Below, one piece after another: positions 26,040 to 39,204 of a stretch of DNA of 64,000 nucleotides. Within the stretch, counting starts at the first letter, position 1. Every line of letters begins with the position of its first letter. The notes beneath the pieces are model-generated. The model saw only the letters and a program-made list of their open reading frames with translations. It did not search any database and had not been told where the DNA came from. The stretch comes from Eledone cirrhosa (Eukaryota): assembly GCA_964016885.1 (NCBI GenBank), contig OZ024740.1:132370001-132434000 (forward strand). The letters run 5' to 3'. The position numbers and the translations under genes are program-made.

Positions 26040-26420
26040 ATTCCGCCTAAGAGATGAGCAATGCATGTATCACCTTTCAGCATTTCATGGGCCATGACCG
26101 ATGGAATCCCAAACGCTTTTAAGATGACGAAATATGCAAAAGTACGAAGAATGAACTACGTAAAAGATAATCTGAAAATCAATTTCCAGTTTCTGCAGTT
26201 TCTATATTATTTAAACGGCGGAATAACAGGTTTCGTGCAACATGGCAACAACTTTCGGCAGTATACTTCCATGGCATTTATAAATTGCTTCTCTGAGCTT
26301 CTGATGCACAAGCTCAATACTATCAGCATTAATTGCCGTAAAGTATGTATTGTTGATTTTCAGAATCTCATGTAATCTCTGCATCATTCATTATGTTGCT
26401 ATCTATTCCTGAAAGTTTAA
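26040..26420 (-). pseudogene. Degraded mariner-like transposase fragment
   Basis: Manual translation TAINADSIELVHQKLREAIYKCHGSILPKVVAMLHET...IFRHLK resembles mariner TINA..Y...L.KLR.AI..KRP......ILLHDN...LFR.LK. Confidence 0.5.
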
Positions 26421-27427
26421 CTTTAACTTAGAATTGATTGTGAAAGTACAATTAAAGTAAAAATCTGGAATCTACTCTTTGCCTCGTAGTCGTATATCCA
26501 TTTACCTCAACACCGCATATTCTTTTCAAGAAAGTGTGTAGGCATCTTCATAAATATGGCGATAGAGTATAATTACAGCGCATGCTTCTAAGATTTGTGA
26601 CCTGTTGTGTACAATATTTACACAAGCCACGTCTGTTTTAGATGATTCCATACACATAATTATGAGCATTTTGTATATTAATTACGATTGCAACAATATT
26701 TTGTGTTGATATAAAATCACAACACACCATTCACGTAAGTATTAAACGAAATTGGATGAACTAAAGAATAGCATTCCTTGAAGTTGTACACTACACAGGA
26801 ATGTGAATGAATAAATTAATATAGTTTTGGTAATGTAAGCGATAGAAATTGAATCGATGTATATTGTAATATTTGATATTAGGATAATTGAGATTAATGG
26901 CACCAACACGAGTTCTCAATGAGGTAATTGCCCGCCGCCTATTACTGCATCTGCTGCTTGTTCGGAGATTTACCAATACGTAATAGATAGTATTTCAATA
27001 ACACGATATTGGATGAAAACACCTGGTCACATATAGATTATCTATAGCTATTTTATATTAAGGTTGCTAAGTTATGATTCTTGGTTTCAATATTTCATTA
27101 CTTTATAACACACATAATCATTAATTATGACAAATACAATGAAGCAGGATATAATTAAAGACTAAAGAGCATTAATTAATGGAGCTAAGGCCGTCTCCAT
27201 GGCCCCAGAAATACCTTACTAAAATGGTATCAGAATAACATATGCTTAAAGTAATTCTCATGTAGTATAGTATAAGAAATCAATTTGTATCATCACATGA
27301 TTATTTTCTCCAGATAAATAGATTTAGTATTCCGAACAATCACGAATCCTTTATATCAGTAAACAGATGCATATACATAAATAAATAAACACCGATATAC
27401 ACATACAGATATATTTAAACACGCGAG

Positions 27428-27458
<31 letters not shown>

Positions 27459-27466
27459 ACACACAA

Positions 27467-27503
<37 letters not shown>

Positions 27504-27594
27504 CGTTATTCCGGGTTGAATCGGAGGTAACCACAGTAAGGAAGGTACTCAATACATTGCAGAGTATAAAAGTTTTAATATAGATGAGATTCTA

Positions 27595-27637
27595 CAGGAC
27601 TAGACTGTTTCATTCTTTAGAAATCATCAGGAATCTG
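27595..27637 (-). ncRNA. Possible minimal hammerhead in a PLE-like 3' remnant (27500-28000)
   Basis: GATTC-CTGATGA-TTTC-TAAA-GAAT-GAAA-CAG-TC-TAGTC; stems are weak. Confidence 0.5.
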
Positions 27638-28116
27638 GGTATCAAAAAATAAGTATGGTATTTATAGGTCTCTTCAAGTGGTAGGAGAGGGTAGGGAGTG
27701 GGATGGGTGTAGGTCATTGGTTGTAGAAAAGGGAGTTCATTAAAAGCTAATTCTTCAAAGCTATAGTTTATTTTTAGAGTAACAAAGGAAGAAAGAATTC
27801 TATAAACAAGTTCAGGATGGGGTGCCACTCCTTATTTTAATGTTTCTCTTAAGCTAACAGGTGTCTATAAGATCAGTGGGGGTCAGTCATGTTTGATGGA
27901 TTTAAAGGAAGGGAGATTTTTTAAAAGCTAAATTATTTAAGGTTCTACTAAGTGAAAAAGGCCTATAGAATTCTGTAGACAAATTCAAAATATTGAGTGC
28001 ATATCATACCATTATCTTCAAATTTCTCTTAAACTATTCAACTATATGCCAAAAATCAACAGACACATTCACAAACACACTCACTCACACACTCGCGCGC
28101 ACCCACAAACACCCGC

Positions 28117-28172
<56 letters not shown>

Positions 28173-28265
28173 ATATAAACAATTCACTATCCAGATGGCC
28201 TCCACAAATAATGGTCGCATTTTAAAAGGGTACGTCAAAGCTTATTTGTAAAACTGTTATATATT

Positions 28266-28330
28266 GTATTTTGTCTGATGAAGGCATACCATAATTTAAT
28301 TTGGTATCCCTGAAATATGTATAATGAAAT
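28266..28330 (+). ncRNA. Hammerhead in pLTR
   Basis: CTGATGA-AGGCATACCA...TGGTATCCCT-GAAA-TATG-TA; stem II is strong, stem I weak. Confidence 0.65.
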
Positions 28331-28370
28331 AAATATGGTTTTATAAATATAGTTTCCATTTATTAATATC

Positions 28371-28406
<36 letters not shown>

Positions 28407-28446
28407 GATATTAATAAATGGAAACTATATTTATAAAACCATATTT

Positions 28447-28511
28447 ATTTCATTATACATATTTCAGGGATACCAAATTAAATTATGGTATGCCTTCATC
28501 AGACAAAATAC
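28447..28511 (-). ncRNA. Hammerhead in inverted pLTR
   Basis: Reverse complement of the motif above. Confidence 0.65.
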
Positions 28512-29125
28512 AATATATAACAGTTTTACAAATAAGCTTTGACGTAACCTTTTAAAATGCGACCATTATTTTTGGAGGCCATCTGGATAGTGAATTGTTT
28601 ATATTATTTTAATAAGTCTTAGTGTTAAGGATAATTAGAAAAAGACGAAGAGAAAGAAAAAAGACGGAGAGAGAAAAAAAGAAAAAGAAAAAAAACGTGG
28701 AGAAATATCGGAGAGAGAGAAATGCGTGGAGAAAAAAGGAAGAGATAAATAAAGACAGGAGGAAAGAAAGAAAAAAGAAAAAAGGAAGCAATAAGAAAAA
28801 CAGAGGAAAGCAACAGAGAGATATCAAATCATCAGACAGATAGAAAGACTCAAGAAAGAGAAATAATATATAGAGAAAGGGGGAGATAATGAAAACTTTA
28901 CGTCATTTCATATTAAGTTGAGTTAACAATTTATATGAAATGAATAATAAAAATATAAATATTAATATTCATGAATGGGATATAAATATATAATATGAGA
29001 AATTAAACATTGTTTAATAATGATTATATGTTTAGTTTTAAAAATTGAGATCAATATACTAAAATTTGAAGTTAAGCATCCCAAATGTACACATTGCTAG
29101 AGAAACCACTATCTTACGGCAAAGA

Positions 29126-30300
29126 GGTTTATATCGTGACGACATGCTTTTACTTATAGAAAATAATAGCTGTGAACTAAATAGAAAAAGAAAACAAATT
29201 ATACAATTTTTTTAATTATTTTAATCTAAAAGTAGAAATAGAGAATAACCATAAAATAGTCAATTTTCTAGATGTAATAGTAAATCACAACACATGTATT
29301 CATTATCAATTTTACAAACTAAATGAGAACTTGAATTATGTTAATTTTAACTCTAACCACACCAGATCTGTTAAAAATACTATAGTGAATTCTGTTCAAG
29401 AACGAATTTCAAGAATTTCATCTAATAAAAATATACTTGATGAAAAAGCGCAGTATTACAACAAAGCGTTAGGTAGAGATGGATATAGAAATACAATTAA
29501 ATACATCGATAATAATAATAATAAGCAAACTAACCAAAATAATAACAATTTTAATTATGGTAACAACTTTAACAACTATAATAGAAAACATTACAATAAT
29601 TCCAAAAGCCGAAAAAAAATAGAACTAGAAATATATTATGGTTTACTCCCCCTTTCTCACTAAATATTGAAACCCCTATTGCTAAACTATTCTTTAAAGC
29701 TCTTGACAAACGCTTCCCTAGAACACATAAATATTACTCAATTTTTAATAGACAATCTATAAAATTAACTTACTCGTCCACCAAAATTTTAACACAAAAT
29801 ATTAATAGAATTAATAATAGAAACTTAAAACCTAACCAAAATACCAGTAATAACCCAAGCAATATTCAATTGATTAACTGTAACTGTAGAAATAAATCTA
29901 ACTGTCCGTTAAATAACAACTGCTTAACTAAAAATGTAGTGTACAATTGTAATGTTAAAACTAATTTAAATTCATTTATCTATGTCGGTTCTACCTCTAC
30001 AGAATTTAAATTTCGCTTCAATAATCATAACAATTATTTCACAAATCCAAACAAAAAATCTTCAACTTCGCTATCTAGCCTACTTTGGGACCTAAAACGA
30101 GATAATGTTAAATATTCGATGACTTGGAATATTATTATACTCCTTTTAATTCCTCTTCAGAAAATTGTGATCTTTGTATTGAAGAAATATTCTTCATATT
30201 AAAGTCCAAACATTCCCTTAATTTAAGGAATAATTTATTCAGTTGCTGCAGACATAGATTGAACTCACCGTTTAAATATAAATATAAATTTAAAATGTAG
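29126..30300 (+). pseudogene. PLE RT C-terminal part plus GIY-YIG, frameshifted
   Basis: GLYRDDML at 29127, VNFLDV, YVNFNSNH, CNCRNKSNCPLNNNCLTKNVVYNC...YVGSTSTEFKFRFNNH. Confidence 0.88.
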
Positions 30301-30659
30301 TATAATTAATTAAGTAATTTAGTCAATATATGAAACCTGTCGATAAATCATTAGATTCCTTCACCTTTTTCTTTTTAAATTTTCTTCCTAAATATAAACA
30401 TATATATAATAAACTACTCTAAAATGTCTATACTTCCAATGTCTTAAATAAAATATACGCAAGATAAATTTCTATACTAAATATATTAAACATATTATTT
30501 TAGCTTGAAGTATTCTATGGTTTTAGAATAATTTAAAATATTTTAATTTCTGATATCTGTAGAATCATTGGCTTTTTTAAATTTTTTAAATTTTTAAATT
30601 TTTAAATTTTTTAAACTTTTTAAATTTTTTATTTATATTGATATAATATTTATTTAACT

Positions 30660-30785
30660 TTTATTTTTATTTTTATTTTTTTATTTTTATTTTTATTTTT
30701 ATTTTTATTTTTATTTTTATTTTTATTTTTATTTTTATTTTTATTTTTATTTTTATTTTTATTTTTATTTTTATTTTTATTTTTA

Positions 30786-30816
<31 letters not shown>

Positions 30817-31162
30817 TTTATTTTTATTTTTATTTTTATTTTTATTTTTATTTTTATTTTTATTTTTATTTTTAATTTTATTTTTATTTTTATTTTTATT
30901 TTTATTTTTATTTTTATTTTTATTTTTATTTTTATTTTTATTTTTATTTTTATTTTTATTTTTATTTTTATTTTTATTTTTATTTTTATTTTTATTTTTA
31001 TTTTTATTTTTATTTTTATTTTTATTTTTATTTTTATTTCTATTTTTATTTTTATTTTTATATTTATTTTTATTTTTATTTTTATTTTTATTTTTATTTT
31101 TATTTTTATTTTTATTTTTATTTTTATTTTTATTTTTATTTTTATTTTTATTTATTTTTATT
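30660..31162. repeat. (TTTTTA)n hexamer repeat, ~500 bp
   Basis: Directly visible; lies in the PLE 3' region. Confidence 0.95.
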
Positions 31163-31901
31163 GGGTTTGTTTTGATTCTGATAGCTTCTCATAATTTTCA
31201 TAAGTCTACCCTTTCAATATCTTGATTGAAATATACGTAGGATAAATTTCTATACTAAATATATGAAACATATTTTAACTAAGATATTCTATAGTGTTTT
31301 AAAGATATTTAATGTGTTGATATTTCTAGAATTCGTTTGTCCTTTAGACTATACTGATATAAGTGTATTTCCAAAATATAATCCATTGGAATTTTAAATT
31401 TATATTGTTATAATTATATTTCCAAAGTATAATCCTTTAGTAATATATTGATATTTGATTATCTCTATACAAATATGTATGTGTGTGTATTAACATGCAT
31501 ATAAAAGTATTATATGATTTGTTTATGATTGTATATCTGTCTGTATGTGTAAATGAGTGATGAAGACAATTGGTGAAGACGCACGCAAATATTTAATTTT
31601 TACATATGTGTATGTGTATATATATATATGTATATGTATGTGTGTGGGTGGGAGTTATGTGTGTGCAAGCCTACCCACGCCGTTTTGATTGCAGATATGC
31701 ATAATTTTAACAGAATGTTAAATGCATGAATGGTAATGGTATATATGAAGGCATGAATGTTAATCGTATATATTTATGTATATATACTGTGATCTATTTA
31801 TAACACAAGGAATGTATAGCAGTGATTAAGAGAAATCATTTGTGTTTTGTATGTCTATATTGTAGGCTTGAGTAGATATAATTTCTATTTTCAGGATGTG
31901 C

Positions 31902-31947
<46 letters not shown>

Positions 31948-32562
31948 GTATCTTTGCCGTAAGATAGTGGTTTCTCTAACAATGTGTACATTTGGGATGC
32001 TTAACTTCAAATTTTAGTATATTGATCTCAATTTTTAAACTAAACATATAATCATTATTAAACAATGTTTTATTTCTCATATTATATATTTATGTCCCAT
32101 TCATGAATATTAATATTTATATTTTTATTATTCATTTCATATAAACTGTTAACTCAACTTAATATGAAATGACGTAAAGTTTTCATTATCTCCCCCTCTC
32201 TCTATATATTATTTATCTCTCTTGAGTCTTTCTATCTGTCTGATGATTTGATATTTCTCTGTTGCTTTCCTCTGTTTTCTTATTTCTTCCTTTTTTCTTT
32301 TTTCTTTCTTTCCTCCTGTCTTTATTTATCTCTTCCTTTTTTCTCCCCGCATTTCTCTCTCTCCGATATTTTTCCACGTTTATTTTCTTTTTCTTTTTTT
32401 CTCTCTCCGTCTTTTTTCTTTGTCTCCGTCTTTTTCTACTTATCCTTAACACTAAGACTTATTACAATAATATAAACAATTCACTATCCAGATGGCCTCC
32501 AAAAATAATGGTCGCATTTTAAAAGGGTACGTCAAAGCTTATTTGTAAAACTGTTATATATT

Positions 32563-32627
32563 GTATTTTGTCTGATGAAGGCATACCATAATTTAATTTG
32601 GTATCCCTGAAATATGTATAATGAAAT
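32563..32627 (+). ncRNA. Hammerhead in 3' pLTR
   Basis: Same motif as 28266-28330. Confidence 0.65.
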
Positions 32628-32752
32628 AAATATGGTTTTATAAATCTAGTTTCCATTTATTAATATCGTATCTCTACTCAAAATATTTGTCGAGTGCTTT
32701 ATATCAGTTATACAAATATTTACTTGTATCCCAACAATTTAAATAGAACTTT

Positions 32753-32755
<3 letters not shown>

Positions 32756-32814
<59 letters not shown>

Positions 32815-32988
32815 TATATACATATATATATATACACATACACATATACACATATATATATATATACACACATACACATATATATACACACATACACCAT
32901 ACATATATATATATACACACATACATGTGCACACATACATATATACATATACATATCTATACATATATACACACATATATACACACAC

Positions 32989-33019
<31 letters not shown>

Positions 33020-33071
33020 TACACACATATATATATATATATACACACATACACTCACACACATATATATA

Positions 33072-33117
<46 letters not shown>

Positions 33118-33170
33118 TACATATACACGCACACATACATTCACATACATATACATATATATATATACAT

Positions 33171-33203
<33 letters not shown>
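32756..33203. repeat. Compound (TA)n/(CA)n microsatellite
   Basis: Directly visible. Confidence 0.95.
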
Positions 33204-33206
<3 letters not shown>

Positions 33207-34710
33207 TAATCTATAAAGCTCAGTGTATGGACATGCTCCTTTGTTATAGAAATCTACGATATAGAATTTCTTCAATTGAAATTTACAATTCAGTATTCGA
33301 AATAGCTTCGATTGCGTCTTGGCACATATCATTTTTTTCAATGTCACCCACAATTACGCAAAAATAGATAAAACTCAATATTTTACGATTTTCTGTCTCA
33401 TTTAAACTGCTAAACTCTTTCCATTACCATTCAAAATCTATACAACTTCATACTTTCTGAAACTTTCTCTTTCCAAGCTTGATGGTGATACTGTCCATTT
33501 AACTCTCTCATATCATCTGCTTCCCTCTATCTACAACCCACACATTTTGCTACTTTCTCTTTTATAATTCAAACCTACTGATTTATTTCCAAACCCATAC
33601 AAATACACACTCACTTCAAATGATAAAAAAACATTTAAAGCAATTAAACAACGTGCGTGATTGCCGAAGAGAAATAGAGAAGAGAGTGAGAGAGAGAGAG
33701 AGAGAACGTTTATTACTACATAACGTACCAGTAATGTACTGGGTATTTGCTGGCCTTGTGCCAAAAAAGTAGAAACATTTATTACATTTCATACGAAACG
33801 ACAATTATTCAAAAGCAACAGATACATTTATTCAACAACAAGCGATAAATCTTTTTTAAAACCTCTCAAGGAACGTGGATTCTTACAGACTTTGAGTCGA
33901 TTCGGTTTGAAATTGTGCAAATGTATAAACATGGAACATGTGCACACACACAACAACAACAACAATCTGCCTTTTATAGATAATGATAAACCTGCTAGAA
34001 ACAGCAGCTAACTCTCCCCCATACCACACCCCTCCCTACTGTCTTAAATTTAGAAAACATATCTTCTATGAGGTCACTAAACATGCTAGAAACAGCAGCT
34101 AACTCTCCCCATATCACACCACTCCCTACTTTCTTAAATTTAGAAAACACATATCCTCTATAAGGTTACTAAACCTGCTAGAAAGAGCAGCTCACTCTCC
34201 CCCATATCACAGCCATCCCTACTGTCTTAAATTTAGAAAACATATCTTCTATAAGTCACTAAACCTGCTAGAAACAGCAGCTAACTCTCCCCCATATCAC
34301 ACCACTCCCTACTGTCTTAAATTTAGAAAACATATATCCTCTATGAGGAAACTAAACCTGCTAGAAACAACAGTTAACTCTCCCTCACATCACAACCCAT
34401 CCCTACTGTCTTAAATTTAGAAAACACAGACAAACACACAGAACAACTCCATCGCAGCTCTGTTGTTCGGCTGGCATCGTCTACGCGCGTGTTGCGCAAG
34501 TACTGTGAAACAATAAATTTCAACACTTTTTTGCACAGAGATAATATCCATAGGCGAAATAAAATTGTCACTGCTGGCGCATCTCCTGCTTTCAGGTCTG
34601 CAATTCATTCACCCGGTGCCTGGCAGACAAAAAAGTTCTGCCATAAAATGGGTGGTGCAACCTAACTTTGGTAACTTAATGACCCCGAGCAACGCCAGGC
34701 TTTAATGGTA

Positions 34711-34711
<1 letters not shown>
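33204..34711 (+). mobile_element. Probable non-autonomous Helitron
   Basis: A|TCATAATCTATAAAG at 33204 and CCCGAGCAACGCCAGG...GTAG|T at 34684-34711 resemble the termini of the 19764-22746 Helitron. Confidence 0.55.
33988..34426 (+). repeat. Minisatellite, ~4.8 copies of a 90-93-bp unit
   Basis: AAACCTGCTAGAAACAGCAGCTAACTCTCCCC... at 33988, 34079, 34171, 34261, 34354. Confidence 0.92.
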
Positions 34712-34756
<45 letters not shown>

Positions 34757-34876
34757 CAACACACATATATATATATATATATACATATACATACACATAC
34801 ACATGCACATACACACACACACATATATATACACATATATACACACATACACACATATATACGCACATACACATAT

Positions 34877-34934
<58 letters not shown>

Positions 34935-35139
34935 TTAAGGGTACTATTTATAGTTATGTATGCAATAAAACCTTTGATGGTAATATATTATATATACACA
35001 AACCCTAAATAGTGAGAGATAGTCATTAATTACTATCCTATTACCAGTAAGATAAATAGCTCAATGTAATAACATCAGTTGTTTTACAGAGCAGTTATAT
35101 AGAGATTACAGTAATCAAAGTTCAGTTTAAGTCATTTAT

Positions 35140-35188
35140 TTGCTTATAATTGTTTCCTCCAAACCGAGGTTTGGATTCTTCGGAGCAA
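35140..35188 (-). ncRNA. Hammerhead (U4C core) in 3' pLTR
   Basis: TTGCT-CCGAAGA-ATCCAAACC-TC-GGTTTGGAG-GAAA-CAATTA-TA-AGCAA. Confidence 0.7.
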
Positions 35189-36739
35189 CTATTTATAACA
35201 TACTTGACCTCCTTTTCAACCCAAGAGACTCATAAAACATATGCGCACATTGATCAACAGTGGGGTGACATTCATCAAATGATATAGCATGGCAATTTAC
35301 ATATAAAGGTTACAGGATAAAAATAAAATAAAATAAAAACAAGAGTGAAAATAAGAGTGAAAATAAAGATAAACATGAAGCGTTGGCAGTCTATGAAGAT
35401 AAAGCAAGAGGAAAGCTTAGAGCAGTCAGTGTGTGAAACAATCTCCCGTGTAGCATGCACGCGTGTCTTATCTATACATGATTAGAGTGCGTCAGAATGA
35501 TATTTGCAGGGTCAGGCAGTTGAAGCAGCCAATCGATCTTATTATATAGGCTGAATTATTAAGTCATTTATTCTCATACATCTGTATGATATACAGTCTC
35601 GGATGCGGGGAAACACCAAAATATCAAAAACCTTCAACATACTATAAACCTTATTGTATCGTAGGCAAGGTCGTACCACTGTCCTTGCTCACACCACCAC
35701 TCACATAATCCATGAGACGCAATATATATATAGAGAACACGCGTCTATCGTATAATTCGCAGTGGTTCAGCATATAGTCAAGCTATAAACCGTATCCAGT
35801 CGGTTCTTAATTAATATATCATGCTGTCCAGATTCCGGAAGTGCCTGAATGACTAAGGGGAATTAATGCGTAAGGGGAGGTAACTAGCTAGTTATCTTAG
35901 TAACATTACTATGCTAAACTACATTAATGGTGATTCAAATACGTGCCTATCATGTGAAGTTATAACTAATATCTAGAGTATGTTACCCATTTATCGGTTA
36001 GAGAGTTGTCCATTAAGAAGTACAAGGGTGTATATATTAGGATGATTACCATCCATTAATTAAGGGGTTTCATATCTGAACGTTCTATAAGAGGAGTCAG
36101 ACTCTCAAGTCACTTCTCCATGCAAATGTAATATAACAGTAGGACCTGGTATGGTCCCACTATTATATATGCCACCCGGTAGGCTTCGGGTCATTGCTTG
36201 CCTGCATCTCCAGTAAATCTTCGGTATCGTCCGGAGATCCAATCTCTCATATAAATGCACTAGTCTGGCCATCAAGCAATAGACAACCCCCGTCTCAAAT
36301 ATAAATCAATTATGTATCACATCTCCAAGCTAGAGTGGAGTCTATTAATAGGTATTAAAGGAGTCCACATCAAGATGATTACGTGCATAATTCAGTGAAC
36401 TGATCGCTTACAGTATATAATCACTTAACAATACGATTATCTATCCAATCATCAATCTATCTCTTGGTAGTAATCCATGCACAGGACTATGCTATCGCAA
36501 CCAGTACCGTGTCCCCAATTTATACTAATCTTATAGTTGTACAATGCAGAATAAGTAGTCCACGGTCGAGATATCAGTATTAGAGGTACAAGGGGGTATT
36601 CCCAGGGTAGGTGGTCCTAAAATGCTGTCAGTATTATCTTTAGAGTATAGAGATGGGTGTGGATGTGAGGTGTAAGGTGTGCTACTGATGTTAATTGCTA
36701 GGGGTGGTGCCGGTTCCAGTCTGACATTATTATATATAG

Positions 36740-37165
36740 GGTTTAAAGTTTTGGAACGAGTGTCGGAAGCGGTGTTGGCAATTTGCGAACACTTCTGATT
36801 TTTTATTAAGGAGATTATGTTTAGAGAAGATGATAGTATGGGTCTCTAGTAGACAGAGGTTACAACATTTATCAGGTGGTTTGTACGATGTTGCACTACC
36901 TACCACTTCCCATTTAAGTGTATATATTTTATTTTTAGTTTTTAGATAGTGTATGTAGCTAGATAGTGAAGTGGAGTTGGCTAGACTGTGTTTTTTGAAA
37001 GAGTGGAGGTGCGAATTGTATCTAGTTTTGAAGCAGTTAGAAGTGGAGCCTATGTAGGTTTCAGAAGAGCTGTTAGTTGTGACTGTACATGAGTATATGA
37101 TATCCTTGGTTAAGAATTTTTTATCTAAAGGGCAGGTTCTACTTGATCTACAGTTACAATTACTC
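36740..37165 (-). pseudogene. GIY-YIG endonuclease of the PLE, disconnected from the RT ORF by a stop/frameshift
   Basis: NCNCRSSRTCPLDKKFLTKDIIYSC...YIGSTSNCFKTRYNSH...CNLCLLE...LLNKKSE...CQH. Confidence 0.85.
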
Positions 37166-37299
37166 TGGGTGCTAGTCTGCCGGTTACTATGCTGTGTAGA
37201 AGTTAGCTATGGGGTTATGGTTATGCGGGTTGTGGTACGCAGCGTTAATGTTTACACTAGTGCTATTATTATTATTTCCATTGATATCACGGTTATTTG

Positions 37300-39204
37300 T
37301 TATAATGTTACTTTGACTGTTATTTTGAATGTATTTTGAAGGTTTATCGACCGTTGTGATTTAGTTTTTTGGAAGTAAGAATTAATTTTTCTTTTATTTG
37401 TACTAGCTATGTGGTATGCTAAGTTAGGCGTAGTAGAGTATGAGATTTTAATAGTGTTTTTGTTTAAAAGGTCGTGGTACCTGTGGCCGGATGGGAAGTG
37501 TTTATCTAGTAGTGAGAAGAAAGCCCTAGGAAGGTTGGTAGAGACGTTTAAATTGAAAGGAGGGTTGAAAAATGTATTATTTCTTCTTCTATTTCTGTTT
37601 TTTATGTCTGGTGATTTGTTTCCTTTAATGTTCCTATGGTCATTTCTGTGGTGCGGGTTACTCTTGTTGTTACAATCCCTATTAGTGTGTGTGCAGTTGC
37701 TATTCCTATTATTAAATTTTCCCATGGACATGTTGTGTGAAATGATGTTGTAGCTATGTGTTTTTGTAGGTAGGAACTCTATCCCTGTATTATGGCCTGA
37801 TCTAGCTAATGCCTGATTATAATACTGCGAGTTATTGTTAAATGTGTTTATGTCATAGGATAGATTAGAGATTCTATTAGATACTCCCTTAGAGATAGAG
37901 TTCAATATAGATTTAGGGTGGTTAGACTTGGTATCAACGTAGATGAGTTTTTCATTAGGTTTATGGAAAGGTGCATATATCATTGAGTCTAAGTAGAGTG
38001 TGGCGTCTAGGAAGTTGACGTTTTTGGTGTTTTTGTCCATGGTAATACTAAGGTTAAAGTTTTTGAATGTTTTGTGCAATAGTTTTCTAGTCCTTTCTAT
38101 ATTGAATTTTTTATAGTCTATAAGTACAAGTGCATCGTCGCGATACAAACCACCGCTGAGGTACGGAAGTTCCCTGTGGATTAGGTTAAGTAAGTATAGG
38201 CCAACCAAATCAGTGACCTGCGCCGAGTCACTAGACCCCATAGTAATGTCGAAGTTGTTTTGCGTATCCTTGCGGGTCCATAATTGGTCCTCAAAGGTGA
38301 TTATTGTTTTACGGGCCGCAAGTATGACATCAATCTGGGGTCTAGTCAAGTCACTATTGTCCATGGCCATTATAAGTGCCTTATTTAGTAGGATAGGGGA
38401 GATAGAGGTGTAGTAAGAGTTGATATCAAATTGAATAAATTTTTTATCCTTGTTATCTATGATATTTTTGAACCATTCAATCACTTCACCCGTATTTCCC
38501 CATTGCTTAAGGTAAATCTTGTGTTTAATCTGTGGGATGATTTTGTCTAGGATTTTTTTACTGATAATGCCAATGTCAGACCTGGAGGGGCAGATTAGTC
38601 TAATCGAGGGGTTGCTAATGAAGTCTACCTTATGGTCCTTCAGAGAGAATCTTGGGGGGTTTGGGGTGTAAGGTTGTGTATGTCTCTGGAGCCCTAGTTT
38701 GGATACTATATTATAGCCTTCCATATTAATATCTTCTAAGTTTTTCATAGTGGTTTTCTTGTAGCTTTTATGTAGTTCATTATATATAAACTTTCTATAC
38801 GTATTATAATCTAGGCTATATATGTTATTAGTTTTGTCGGCATGTACAAAAATGTTACTACTAGTTTTGAAGTCATTAATAGAGGTGCTAAGTTTGTTTA
38901 AGAAGGTGTTGTTTTTATTATGGTGTTTTTTGTATTTAATGTTTTTAACTAGTTTAATTAGGTCGTTTTCGAAGAGGTTTAGTAGTGTGTTATGAGGGGG
39001 GCTTCTAAATGTATTAAAGCCGAAGGAGTCAAATTTGTTGGTGTTATTATCCTTGCCAGATTTGTTTCTATCATAATGGAATGTCCTCCATCTCACTCTA
39101 TTGATAAAGGAGTTTACACTGTTGATCAACAACTTTTCATATGTATTTTTGGTTGGTAAAGGTATGTTCTTGGTTGACATAGGGAGTTGGTCTTTGATCA
39201 GCAT
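37300..39204 (-). CDS. PLE reverse transcriptase (634 aa; stops before the endonuclease)
   Basis: ADKTNN, FIQFDINSYYTSI, FDITMGSSDSAQVTDLVGLY, GGLYRDD, VNFLDATL. Confidence 0.9.
   Translation of the reverse strand: MLIKDQLPMSTKNIPLPTKNTYEKLLINSVNSFINRVRWRTFHYDRNKSGKDNNTNKFDSFGFNTFRSPPHNTLLNLFENDLIKLVKNIKYKKHHNKNNTFLNKLSTSINDFKTSSNIFVHADKTNNIYSLDYNTYRKFIYNELHKSYKKTTMKNLEDINMEGYNIVSKLGLQRHTQPYTPNPPRFSLKDHKVDFISNPSIRLICPSRSDIGIISKKILDKIIPQIKHKIYLKQWGNTGEVIEWFKNIIDNKDKKFIQFDINSYYTSISPILLNKALIMAMDNSDLTRPQIDVILAARKTIITFEDQLWTRKDTQNNFDITMGSSDSAQVTDLVGLYLLNLIHRELPYLSGGLYRDDALVLIDYKKFNIERTRKLLHKTFKNFNLSITMDKNTKNVNFLDATLYLDSMIYAPFHKPNEKLIYVDTKSNHPKSILNSISKGVSNRISNLSYDINTFNNNSQYYNQALARSGHNTGIEFLPTKTHSYNIISHNMSMGKFNNRNSNCTHTNRDCNNKSNPHHRNDHRNIKGNKSPDIKNRNRRRNNTFFNPPFNLNVSTNLPRAFFSLLDKHFPSGHRYHDLLNKNTIKISYSTTPNLAYHIASTNKRKINSYFQKTKSQRSINLQNTFKITVKVTL

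Larger units (their letters stand above)
28172..32670 (+). mobile_element. 5'-truncated Penelope-like element with inverted and direct pseudo-LTRs
   Basis: 28403-29125 is the reverse complement of 31950-32670; 28172-28373 is a further direct partial pLTR copy; RT/GIY-YIG remnants lie between; each pLTR copy has an HHR. Confidence 0.88.

Noticed and set aside
28622-28843. Lys/Arg/Glu-rich ORF (mirror at 32213-32452)
   Set aside because: Translation of a purine-rich low-complexity tract within the pLTR.
33988-34426. Regular ~91-bp periodicity as a CRISPR array
   Set aside because: Whole units are repeated with no unique spacers, there are no cas genes, and the context is eukaryotic.
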